A stretch of DNA of 63,621 nucleotides, counting the filler, from Octopus bimaculoides (lineage: Eukaryota): the NCBI RefSeq assembly GCF_001194135.2. It is 6 parts of 5 records of this genome, joined end to end, with 100 filler letters (N's around TTAATTAATTAA, not from the genome) between each part and the next. Parts side by side here need not be neighbours in the genome. Positions count along the whole stretch, not along the records: positions 47,113 to 63,621 come from NC_069001.1; 5 more parts are not named here. One strand, given 5' to 3'. Under the pieces are notes generated by a model. It did not search any database. It saw nothing but the letters and a program-made list of their open reading frames with translations, and was not told the origin of the DNA. A program made the position numbers and the translations under genes. Below, piece by piece: positions 50,270 to 63,621 of this stretch (the first letter of the stretch is position 1; every line of letters starts with the position of its first letter).

Positions 50270-50997
50270 NNNNNNNNNNNNNNNNNNNNNNNNNNNNNNN
50301 NNNNNNNNNNNNNNNNNNNNNNNNNNNNNNNNNNNNNNNNNNNNNNNNNNNNNNNNNNNNNNNNNNNNNNNNNNNNNNNNNNNNNNNNNNNNNNNNNNNN
50401 NNNNNNNNNNNNNNNNNNNNNNNNNNNNNNNNNNNNNNNNNNNNNNNNNNNNNNNNNNNNNNNNNNNNNNNNNNNNNNNNNNNNNNNNNNNNNNNNNNNN
50501 NNNNNNNNNNNNNNNNNNNNNNNNNNNNNNNNNNNNNNNNNNNNNNNNNNNNNNNNNNNNNNNNNNNNNNNNNNNNNNNNNNNNNNNNNNNNNNNNNNNN
50601 NNNNNNNNNNNNNNNNNNNNNNNNNNNNNNNNNNNNNNNNNNNNNNNNNNNNNNNNNNNNNNNNNNNNNNNNNNNNNNNNNNNNNNNNNNNNNNNNNNNN
50701 NNNNNNNNNNNNNNNNNNNNNNNNNNNNNNNNNNNNNNNNNNNNNNNNNNNNNNNNNNNNNNNNNNNNNNNNNNNNNNNNNNNNNNNNNNNNNNNNNNNN
50801 NNNNNNNNNNNNNNNNNNNNNNNNNNNNNNNNNNNNNNNNNNNNNNNNNNNNNNNNNNNNNNNNNNNNNNNNNNNNNNNNNNNNNNNNNNNNNNNNNNNN
50901 NNNNNNNNNNNNNNNNNNNNNNNNNNNNNNNNNNNNNNNNNNNNNNNNNNNNNNNNNNNNNNNNNNNNNNNNNNNNNNNNNNNNNNNNNNNNNNNNN

Positions 50998-51032
<35 letters not shown>

Positions 51033-51066
51033 TGTGTGTGTGTATATATATGTATATATATATAGT

Positions 51067-51108
<42 letters not shown>

Positions 51109-51648
51109 TATATACACGCGCGCGCACACAGAATTTATATAGCATGTTCGTATAGCTTAAACAGCAATTTGTTTTGAGTTTTTGAATAAAATCACCGACA
51201 TGCTGTACGTTCACAGTATTCAATGTTTAACCTCTAGTTATTAAGTTACGTTGAAATTATTTGACCTCGACGGAAACTGATCTTCATTTCCAGCATTTTG
51301 TAGACCTAAAAAATCACCGACGAGATTTCCATTCTCTCTTATTACAATATTGAATTACTTCCCCTTGGGACTGAGTTTCCTTTCCAAAGCCAACGTAACT
51401 TTAGATTTTTTTTTTCTGGTTTAAAATTATACTTGACAAATATTTAGTTTAGAAATTTTGTGACCTGATTAAAGCAGAATTAATTACATTTTTTAAACAA
51501 TTTGATTTTAAGAAGGTCTTTGTTTTGTAACCATACTTGTCGGTGTTTGATATGTTGGTGTGTTTTAATAAAGTAGAGTTCTGTGTCTTGTTTAAGGTTT
51601 AATAATTTAACAGTTATAACACTAATGATGTTACGTATGTGGCTGTGC

Positions 51649-51683
<35 letters not shown>

Positions 51684-51833
51684 NNNNNNNNNNNNNNNNN
51701 NNNNNNNNNNNNNNNNNNNNNNNNNNNNNNNNNNNNNNNNNNNNNNNNNNNNNNNNNNNNNNNNNNNNNNNNNNNNNNNNNNNATATATATATACGTACG
51801 TATATATACATATAAATATATACCTATGTATAT

Positions 51834-54800
51834 ACGATTGAACGAACGAACGTACGTACGTACGTACGAACGAACGATGGAATGAACGAACGTACGTACG
51901 TACGAAAAAACGAACGTACATACGAACGTACGAACGTACGTACGTACGAACGATCGGACGAAACAACGAACAAACGAACGAACGAACGACCGTACGAACG
52001 AACGAACGAACGAAAGTACGAACGTTCATTCGTTCGTTCGTTCGTTTATTCATTTGTTCGTTCATTGTTCGTTCTTACGTACGTACATACGTACGTTCGT
52101 TCGTTCATTCTTTCATTCATTCGTTCGTTCGTTCGATCGTTCGTACGTACGTATGTACCTTCGTTCGTTCTTTCGTACGTACGTACGTAATTACGTTCAT
52201 TCGTTCGTACGAACGTTCGTTCGATCGTTCGTTCGTTCGTACGTACGTACGTACGAACGAACGAATGAAGGAAGGAACGAATGAACGTATGTCCGTACGT
52301 ACGTACGAAAGAACGATTGAACGAACGAGCGTACGTACGAATGAACGAACGATCGTCCGTGCATACGTACATACGTACGTACGAAAAAACGAACGTACGT
52401 ACGAACGAAGGAACGAACGAACGAAAGTACGTACGTACGAACGAACGAAAGAACGAACGTTCGTTCGTTCGTTCGTTCGTTCGTTCATTCTTTCATTAAT
52501 TCATTCGTTCGTTAGTTCGTTCGTCTTTGTACGTTAGTTCGATCTTTTGTTCGTTCCTTCGAACGATCGTACGTTCGTACGTTCTTTCGTTCGTTCCTTC
52601 GTTCGTACGTTCGTTTGTTCTTTCTGTCGTTCGTACTTCCCTTCCTACATTTCGTTCGCTCGTTCGTTCATACGAAAGTACGTACGTTATTTCTTTCGTT
52701 CGTACGTACGTACATGCGTTAGTTCGTTCGTACGTACGTACGTATGTTAGTTCGATCGTGCGTACGTACGTACGCTCGTTCGACCGTTCGTACGTACGGA
52801 TGTATGTACGTTCGTTCGTTCGTTCTTTCGTTCGTTCGATCTATCTTTCGTTCGTTCGGTCATACGTACGAACAAACGAACGAACGAACGTACGTACGTA
52901 CGTACGAACGAACGATTGAACGAACGAACGAACGAATGAACGAACGATTGAACGAGAGAACGTACGGACGTACGTACAAATGAACAAACGAACGTACGTA
53001 CGTACAATCGAACGAACGAAAGTACGTAGTACGTAAGAACGATCGGACGAACGAACCAACGAACGAAAGAACGAAACAACGAACAAACGAAATACGTTTA
53101 TACGTACGTACATTCGTGCGAATGAACGAACGAAAGAATAAACGAACGTACGTATGAAAGTACGAACGAACGTATGAACGAACGAAAGAACGAACGAAAG
53201 TAATTAAGTACGATCGATCGAATGAACGAACAAAAGAACGAACGAACGTACAAAAGAACGAACGACCGAACGTACGTACGTACGAACGAACGAACGAACA
53301 ACGGTATGTAAGTATGAATGAACGAACGAACGAACGAACGAACGTACGAACATTCAATCGTTCGTTCGTTCGTTCGTACGTATGTACGTTCGTTCGTTCA
53401 TTCGTACGTACGTACGTAATTACGTTCGTTCGTTCGTACGTACGTACGTTCGTTCGTTCGTTCGTTCGTACGTACGTTCGTACGAACGTTCGTACGTTCG
53501 TTCGTTCGTTCGTACGTACGAACTTACGTATGTACGTGCGTTCGTACGTTCGTACGTACGCACGTTCGTTCGTTCATTCGTACGTTTCGTTTGTTCTTTC
53601 GGTCGTTCGTACTTTCCTTCCTTCATTTCGTTCGCTCGTTCCTTCGTACTTACGTACGTACGTTATTTCGTTCCTTCGTAAGTAGTACGTATGTTAGTTC
53701 GTTCGTTCGTACGTACGCACGCTGGTTCGATCGTTCCTACGTACGGATGTATGAACGTACGTTCGTTCGATCGTTCTTTCGTTCATACGTACGCTCGTTC
53801 GTTCGTTCGTTCGTTCTTTTCTACGTTCGTTCGTTCTTTCGTTCGTTTGTTCTTTGGTTCGTTCGTTCGATCTATCGTTCGTTCGTTCGTTCGTTCGTTC
53901 GCCTGTACGTTCGTTTGTTCTTTCGGTCGTTCGTACTTTCCTTCCTTCATTTCGTTCGCTCGTTCGTTCATACGTACGTACGTAGGTTATTTCTTTCGTT
54001 CGTACGTTCGTTCGTACGTACGTACGTATGTTCGGACGTTCGGTCGTTCGGTCGATCTTTTGTTCGTACGTACGTACGTTTGTTCGTTCGTTTGTTCGTA
54101 CGTATGAGCGAACGAACGAACGAATGAACGTACGTACGTACGAACGAACAATTGAACGAAAAAACGTACGTACGTACGTACGAATGATCGAACGAACGTA
54201 CGTATGTTCGTATATACGTACGTACGTATATACGTACGTACGAAAAAACGAACGAACAAACGAACGTACGTGCGCACGATCGAACGAACGAACAAACGAA
54301 CGTACGTGCGCACGATCGAACGAACGAACGAAAGAACGCAGCAACGAACAAACGATCGAACGAAAGAACGAACGTACCTACGTACGTACGTACGTACGTA
54401 CGTACGAAAGAACGAAGGAACGTACATACGTACGTACGAACGATCGAATGAACGCACGAATGAATGAAAGAATGAACCATCGAACGTACGTACGTACGTA
54501 CGAACGTACGATCGAACGAAAGAACCAACGAACGTACGAACGAAAGAACAAACGAAAGAACGATCGAACGTAATTATATACGATCGGTCGATCGAACGAA
54601 CGAAAGAAAGAACGAAGGAACGTACAAAAAAAAACGATGGAACGAACGAACGTACGCACGAACGAAGGAACGAACGACCGAACGTACGTACGAACGACCG
54701 AACGTACGAACGAACGAACGACCGTACGCAGGAACGAACGAACGAACGAACAAAAGGACGAACGTTCTTTCGTTCGTTCGTTCGATCGTCCGTACGTACC

Positions 54801-57800
54801 TATGTACGTTCGTTCGTTCGACGTTCGTTCTTTCGTTCGATCGTTCGTTCGTTCGTACGTACGTACGTACTTTCGTTCGTTCATTCACTCGATCGTTCGT
54901 TCTTTCATTTGTTATCTCGTTCGTACGTACGTATGTACGTTCGTTCGTTCGTTCGTACGTACGTACGTAATAACGTTCGTACGTACGTACCTAATAACGT
55001 TCGTACGTACGCACGTACGTTCGTTCGTTCGGTCGTACGTACGTACGTTCGATCGTTAGTACGTACGTAATTATGTACGTACGTTCATTCGTTCGTTTGT
55101 ACGTTCGTTCTTTAGATCGATCGCTCGTTCGTTCGTACGTACGTACGTACTTTCGTTCGTTCATTCATTCGTTCGTTCGTTCGGACGTACGTATGTACGT
55201 TCGTTCGTTCATTCGTACGTTTCGTTTGTTCTTTCGGTTGTTCGTACTTTCCTTCCTTCATTTCGTTCGCTCGTTCGTTCGTACTTACGTACGTACGTTC
55301 GTTCGTTCGTACGTACGTACGTTATTTCGTTCGTACGTACGTATGTTAGTTCGTTCGTTCGTACGTACGTACGTACGCTGGTTCGATCGTTCGTACGTAC
55401 GGATGTATGAACGTACGTTCGTTCGTTCGTTCTTTCGTTCATACGTACGTTCGTTCGTTCTTTTGTACGTTCGATCGTTCTATCGTTCGATCGTTCGTTC
55501 ATTCGTACGTACGTACGTACGTACTTTCGTTCGTTCATTCGTACGTTCGTACGTACGTACTTTCGTTCGTTCATTCACTCGATCGTTCGTTCTTTCATTT
55601 GTTCGTACATTCGTTCGTTTTTACGTACGTAGGTACGTTCGATGGTTCATTCTTTCATTCATTCGTTCGTTCGTTCGTTCGATCGTTTGTACGTACGTAT
55701 GTACGTTCGTTCGTTCGATCGTTTGTACGTACGTATGTAAGTTCGTTCGTTCTTTCGTACGTACGTATGTACGTTCGTTCGATCGTTCGTTCGTTCGTAC
55801 ATACGTACCTTCGTTCGTTCACTCATTCGTTATTTCGTTCGTACGTCCGTACGTCCGTTCGTTCGATCGTTCGTACGTACAAACACACGAACGAACAAAC
55901 GTACGTACGTACGTACGAACGAACGATTGAACGAACGAACGAACGAATGAACGTACGTACATACGTACGTACGAACGAACGAAAAAACGATCGAACGTAA
56001 TTACGTACGATCGGTCGATCGAACGAACAAACGACCGAACGAACGATAAAACGAACGAACGTACAAAAGAATGAACGAACGAACGTATGCACGGAGGAAC
56101 GAACGTACGCACGAACGAACGAACGACCGAACGTACGTACGAACGAACAACGTACGAACGAATGAACGCACGAAGGAACGAACGACCGTACGTAAGTACG
56201 AACGAACGAACGAACGAAAGTACGAACGTTCATTCGTTCGTTCGTACGTACGTATGTACGTTCGTTCGTTCGTACGTACGTACGTACGTTCGTTTTTTCG
56301 TTCGATCGTTCGTTCGTACATACGTACCTTCGTTCGTTCATTCATTCGATCGTTCGTTCTTTCATTCGTTCGTTCATTTGTTAGACCTTAGGTACGTACG
56401 TTCGTTCGTTCATTCCTTCATTCGTTCATTCATTCGTTCGTTCGTTCGTACGTACGTATGTACGTTCGTTCGTTCTTTCGTACGTAAGTATGTAATTATG
56501 TTCGTTCGTTCGTAGGTACGTTCGTTCTTTCGTTCGATCGTACGTACATTCGTTCGTAGGTATGTATGTACGTTAGCTTGTTCGTACGTACGTACGTAAT
56601 TACATTCGTACGTACGTAATTACGTTCGTACGTACGTTCGTTCGTTCGTACGTACTTACGTTCGTTCGTTCAATAGTTCGTTCGTAATTACGTACGTACG
56701 TTTATTCGTTCGTTCGTTCAATCGTTCGTTCATTCGTACGTACGTTCGTACGTTCGTTCGTACGTACACTCATTCGTTCGTTCTTACGTTCGATAAAACG
56801 TTCGTTCGTTCGTACGTACGTTCGTTCGTTCGTTTGTTCGTACGTACGAACGAACGAACGAAAGAAAGAACGAAAGAACGAACGAACGTATGTAAGTAAG
56901 TACGTGCGTACGAACGAACGATCGAACGTACGTACGAAAGAACGAACATACGTACATACATCCGTACGTACGAACGCTCGAACGAGCGTACGTACGTACG
57001 TACGAACGAACGAACTAACATACGTACGTACGTACGAACGAACGAAATAACGTACGTACGTATGAAAGAACGAGCGAACGAAATGAAGGAAGGAAAGTAC
57101 GAACGAACGAAGGTACGACTGATTGAAAGGACGAACAAACGTACGTAGGTACAGACGAACGAACGAACGTACGTACGTACGAACGGAAGAACGTAGTTAC
57201 GTACGTATATACGAACGTATTTACATATGAACCACCGAACGTAATTACGTACATACGTATGAACGTAATTACGTACGAACGTAATTACGTACGAACGTAA
57301 TTACGTACGTACGTAGGAACGTAATTACGTACATACATACGAACGTAATTACGTATTTACGAACGAACAAAGGAACGTACATACGTACTTACGAACGAAC
57401 GCACGTACGAAAGAACGTACGTACAAACGTAATTACGCACATACGTACGAACGAATGTAATTACGTACGTACGTACGAACGAACGAATGAATTAAAGAAA
57501 CAACAAACTAAGGTACAAAAGAACGAACGTACATACGAACAAACGTACGTACGAACGAACGTACGTACGAACAAACGTACGTACGAATGAATGAACGTAA
57601 GTACAAACAAACGTACGTACGAACGAAGGAAGGTACGTACGAACGAACAAACGTAATTACGTAAGTACGTACAAACGTAATTACGTACGTACGTACGAAT
57701 GTAATTACGTACGTACGTACGAACATAATTACGTACATACGAACGTAATTACGTACAAACGTAGTTACGTACGTATGTACGAAAGGACGAAGGTACGTAC

Positions 57801-60800
57801 GTATGAACGAAAGAACGTACGATCGAACGAACGAACGAACGAACGTAATTACGAACCTACGTACAAACGGAATTACGTACATACATACTTACGTATGTAT
57901 GTACGAACGGACGAAGGTACGTGCGTACGAACGAACGAACGAACGTACGTACGATCGAACGAACGTACGTACGAAATAAAGAACGTAATAAGTAAGTACG
58001 AACGTAATTACGTACGTACGTACGAATGTATTTACGTACATACGAACGTAATGACGTACGTACGTACGAACGAACATTATTACGTACGTACGTAACTACG
58101 TACGTACGTACGAACGTAATAACGTACATACGTAGTTACGTAAGTATGTACGAAAGGACTAAGGTATGTACGAACGAACGAACGAACGATCGACCGAACG
58201 AACGAACGAACAAAGGTACGTACGAACGTACGTACGTACGTAAGTACGTACATAGTATTTACGTACGTATGAACGAACGGACGAAGGTACATGCGTACTA
58301 AGGAACGAACGTACTTACGATCGTAAGAGCGTAGATACGAACGAACGAACGTAATTACGTAAGTACGTACGAACGTAATTACGTACGAACGAACGAATGT
58401 AGTTACGTACGTACGAATGGAATTACGTACGTACGTACGAAACTAATGACGTACGTACGTACGAACGAATGTAATTAAGTAAGTACGTACGAATGTAATT
58501 GCGTAGGAACGTACGAATGTAATTACGTACGTACGAACGAACGTAATTACGTACGTACGTACGTACGAACGAACACCCGAACGTACACACGTACGAACGA
58601 ACGAACGAACGAATGAATGAAAGAAAGAACGAACGAAAGTACAGAAGAACGAACGAAAGTACAGAAGAACAAACGTTCGTACGTACAAACGTTCTTACGA
58701 TCGAACGAACGCACGTACGAACGAAGGAACGTAATTACGTACGTACGAACGTAATTATATACTACGTACGAATGTAATTACGTACGTACGAACGTAATTA
58801 AACACGTACGTACGAACGAACGTAAGTACGAACGAACGTAGTTACGTACGTATGTACGAACGTAATTACGTACGTACGAACGTAATTACGTACGTACGAA
58901 CGTAATTACGTACCTACGAATGTAATTACGTACGTACGTACGAACGTAATAACGTACGTACGTTCGAACGTAATTACGTACATACGTAGTTACGTACGTA
59001 TGTACGAACGGACGAAGGTACGGGCGTACGAACGAACGAACGTACTTACGATCGAACGAACGTACGTACGAACGAACGTAATTACGTACGTACGTACGAA
59101 CGAACGAATGAATTAAAGAAACAACGAACTAAGATACAAAAGAACTAAGGTACGTACGAACAAACGTACGTACGAATGAACGAACGTACGAACGAACGAA
59201 CGTACGTACGAACGTACGAACGTACGTACGTACGAACGAACGTAATTACGTATGTACATACGAACGAACGACCGAACGTACATACGTACGTACGAACGAA
59301 CGAATGAATGAAAGAAAGAAAGTACGAAGGTACAAAAGAACGAACGTTCGTACGTACAAACGTACTTACGATCGAACGAACGTACGTACGAACGAACGAA
59401 CGTAGTTACGTACGTACGAACGAACGAACGTAGTTACGTACGTACGAACGTAATTACGNNNNNNNNNNNNNNNNNNNNNNNNNNNNNNNNNNNNNNNNNN
59501 NNNNNNNNNNNNNNNNNNNNNNNNNNNNNNNNNNNNNNNNNNNNNNNNNNNNNNNNNNNNNNNNNNNNNNNNNNNNNNNNNNNNNNNNNNNNNNNNNNNN
59601 NNNNNNNNNNNNNNNNNNNNNNNNNNNNNNNNNNNNNNNNNNNNNNNNNNNNNNNNNNNNNNNNNNNNNNNNNNNNNNNNNNNNNNNNNNNNNNNNNNNN
59701 NNNNNNNNNNNNNNNNNNNNNNNNNNNNNNNNNNNNNNNNNNNNNNNNNNNNNNNNNNNNNNNNNNNNNNNNNNNNNNNNNNNNNNNNNNNNNNNNNNNN
59801 NNNNNNNNNNNNNNNNNNNNNNNNNNNNNNNNNNNNNNNNNNNNNNNNNNNNNNNNNNNNNNNNNNNNNNNNNNNNNNNNNNNNNNNNNNNNNNNNNNNN
59901 NNNNNNNNNNNNNNNNNNNNNNNNNNNNNNNNNNNNNNNNNNNNNNNNNNNNNNNNNNNNNNNNNNNNNNNNNNNNNNACGTACGTACGAACGAACGAAC
60001 GTAGTTACGTACGTACGAACGTAATTACGTACGAATGTAATTACGTACGTACGAACGAACGAACGAATGAATTAAAGAAACAACGAACTAACTTACAAAA
60101 GAACGAACGTACGTACGAAGAAACGTACGAACGAACTAATGAACGTACGGACGAACGAACGAACGTACGAACGAACGAACGTAATTACGTACATACGAAT
60201 GTAATTACGTTGGTACATACGAACGTAATTACGTTAGTACGTACGAACGCAATTGCGTACATACGAACGTAATTACGTACGTACGTTCGAACGTAATTAC
60301 GTACAAACGTACTTACGTACGTATGTACGAAAGGACGAGGGTACGTACGTACGAACGAAAGAACGAACGATCGAACGAACGAACGTACGTACGATCGAGG
60401 AAAAGTACGTACAAACGAACGAACGTAATAAGTACGTACGTACGTACGTAATTACATACGTACGAACGTACGTACGAACGTAATGACGTACGTACATACG
60501 AACGAACGTTATTACATACGTACGTACGAATGTAAGTATGTACGTACGTACGAGCGTAACTACGTTCGTACGTACGAACGTAATAACGTACATACGTAGT
60601 TACGTAAGTATGTACGAAAGGACGAAGTTACGTACGACCGAACGAATGAACGATCGTATGTACGAACGGACGAAGGTACGTGCGTACTAACGAACGAACG
60701 AACGTACTTACGATCGTACGAACGGACGTACGAACGTACGTACGAACGAACGAAAGTAATTACGTAAGTACATACGAACGTAATTACGTACTAACGTACG

Positions 60801-63621
60801 AATGTAGTTACGTACGTACGAATCTAATTACGTACGTACAAACGAACGAACGAATGAATGAAAGAAAGAACGAACGAAGGTACAAAAGAACGAACGTTCG
60901 TACGTACAAGCGTACTTACGATTGAACGAAGGTACGTCCGAACGAACGAACGTTATTACGCACGTACGTTCGAACGAACCCAATTAGGTACGTACGTACG
61001 AACGAACAAACGAATGAATTAAATAAACAACGAACTAATGTACAAAAGAACGAACGAACGTACGTACGAACAAATCTAATTACGTACGTACGTACGAACG
61101 ATCGAACGAACAAATGAATTAAATAAACAACGAACTAAGGTACAACAGAATGAACATACGTACGAACAAACGTACGTAAGAACGAACGTACGTACGAACG
61201 AAAGAACGTAATTACGAACGTAATTCCGTATGTACGTACGAACGAACGAACGAACGAATGAATTAAATATACAACGAACTAAGGTAGAAAAGAAGGAACG
61301 TACGTACGAACAAACGAACATACGAACGAACGTACTTACGAACGAACGTAATTACGTACGTACCAATGTAATTACGTAAGTACGAACGTAATTACGTACG
61401 TACGTTCGAACGTAATTACGTACGTACGTTCGAACGTAATTACGTACATACGGAGTTACGTACGTATGTACGAACGGACGAAGGTATGTGCGTACAAACG
61501 AACGAACGAACGTACTTTCGATTGAACGAACGTACGTACGAACGTACGAACGTAATTACGTACGTACGTACCAACGAACGAACGAACGAATGAATTAAAT
61601 AAACAACGAACTAAGGTACAAAAGAACGAACGTACGTACGAACAAACGTACGTACGAACGAACGAACGTAATTACGTACGTACGAACGAACGTAATTACG
61701 TACGTACGTACGAACGTACGTACGAACGAACGTACGTACGAACGAACGTACGTACGAACGAACGAACGTAATTACGTACGTACGAACGAACGTAATTCCG
61801 TACGTACGTACGAACGAACGAACGAACGACTGAATGAATTATATAAACAACGAACTAAGGTACAAAAGAACGAATGTACGTACGAAGGAACGTAATTACG
61901 TACGTACGAACGTAATTACTTACGAATGTAATTACGTACGTACAAACGAACGAACGAATGAATGAAAGAAAGAACGAACGAAGGTACAAAAGAACGAACG
62001 TTCGAACGTACAAACGTACTTACGATTGAACGAAGGTACAAAAGAACGAACGTTCTTACGTAAAAACGTACTTAAGATTGAACGAAGGTACGTCCGAACG
62101 AACGAACGTAATTACGTACGTACGTACGAATGTAATTACGTACGTACGAATGTAATTACGTACGTACGTACGAACGTATTTTCGCACGTACGTTCGAACG
62201 AACGCAATTAGGTACGTACGTCCGAACGAACGAATGAATTAAATAAACAACGAACTAATGTACAAAAGAACGAACGTACGTACGAACAAATCTAATTACG
62301 TACGTACGTACGAAGGATCGAACGAACGAATGAATTAAATAAACAACGAACTAAGGTACAACAGAATGAACATACGTACGAACAAACGTACGTAAGAACG
62401 AACGTACATACGAACGAAAGAACGTAATTACGAACGTAATTCCGTATGTACGTACGAACGAAGGAGCGAACGAATGAATTAAATAAACAACGAACTAAGG
62501 TAGAAAAGATCGAACGTACGTACGAAGAAACGAACATACGAACGAACGTACGTACGAACGAACGTAATTACGTACGTATGTACGAACGTAATTACGTACG
62601 TACGATCGTAATTACGTACGTACGAACGTAATTACGTACGTACGTACGAACGTAATAACGTACGTACGTTCGAACGTAATTACGTACATACGGAGTTAAG
62701 TACGTATGTACGAACGGACGAAGGTATGTGCGTACAAACGAACGAACGTACTTACGATTGAACGAACGTACGTACCAAAGAACGAACGAACGAATGAATT
62801 AAATAAACAACGAACTAAGGTACAAAAGAACGAACGTACGTACGAACGAACGAACGTAATTACGTACGTACGAACGAACGAACGTAATTCCGTACGTACG
62901 TACCAACGAACGAACGAATGAATTAAATAAACAACGAACTAAGGTACAAAAGAACGAATGCAAGTACGAAGAAACGTACGTACGAAAGAATGTAATTACG
63001 TACGTACGAACGTAATTACGTAAGTACGTTCGAATGTAATTACGTACATACGTAGTTACGTACGTATGTACGAACGGATGAAGGTACGTGCGTACGAACG
63101 AACGTAATTACGTACGTACGTACAAACGAACGAACGAACGAATGAATTTAATAAAGAACGAACTAAGGTACAAAAGAACGAATGTTCGTATGTACAAACG
63201 TACTTATGATCGAACGAACGTACGTACGAACGTACGAACGTATTTATGTACGTACAAACGTAACTACGTATGTACGAATGTAATTACGTACGTACGAACG
63301 TAATTACGTACGTACGAACGAACGAACGAATGAATTAAAGAAACAACGAACGAACGAAGGAACGTACGTACGAACGAACGAACGTACGTACGAACGAACG
63401 AACGTACGTACGAACGAATGAACGTACGAACGAACGAACGTAATTACGTACGTGCGTACGAATGTAATTACGTACATACGTACGAACGTAATAACGTACG
63501 AACGAACGAATGAATTAAAGAAACACCGAACTAATATACAAAAGAACGAACGTACGTACGAACAAACGAACGAATGAATTGAATAAACAACGAACTAAGG
63601 TACAAAAGAACGAACGTACGT
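51834..63621. repeat. CpG-rich complex tetranucleotide satellite (AACG/TACG/TTCG) of at least 11.8 kb, continuing past the window end
   Basis: Continuous 4-bp periodicity, orientation switches at 52.0-56.8 kb, higher-order repeats, and an N gap at 59459-59978. Confidence 0.95.

Noticed and set aside
51631-63303. Many ORFs reading RSFV/RTYV/NERT
   Set aside because: Translations of a 4-bp satellite that happens to lack stop codons; they occur in all frames and on both strands.

Overview
Repeat-dominated, AT-rich, gapped animal genomic DNA. No host protein-coding gene can be called with confidence. The repeat landscape (dense tRNA-derived SINEs with internal microsatellites, RTE and Penelope remnants) looks like a coleoid cephalopod, probably Octopus; this is my recognition, not a database result. 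Five N50-TTAATTAATTAA-N50 spacers show the window is several joined contigs, so adjacency across them is not guaranteed. Decayed mobile elements supported by translation or terminal structure: a Penelope-like element (RT C-terminus plus GIY-YIG), two RTE LINE 3' ends, a MULE transposase with a 15-bp repeat terminus, a mariner remnant and a mariner MITE, a Tigger/pogo fragment, an R4/Dong-type RLE retrotransposon fragment and about 25 SINE copies. Most notable: (1) an apparently intact minimal type I hammerhead ribozyme at 34615-34671 inside a short, highly structured element, plus at least seven degenerate hammerhead-like motifs in several short or Penelope-linked families; (2) an array of at least 11.8 kb of CpG-rich tetranucleotide satellite (AACG/TACG) that switches strand about ten times at palindromic junctions and has a higher-order repeat of about 1.2 kb; (3) several long fold-backs: a 210-bp-arm palindrome, a palindromic element with inverted telomere-like repeats, and a tRNA-head fold-back. 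All alignments and folds were done by eye, and repeat boundaries are approximate.
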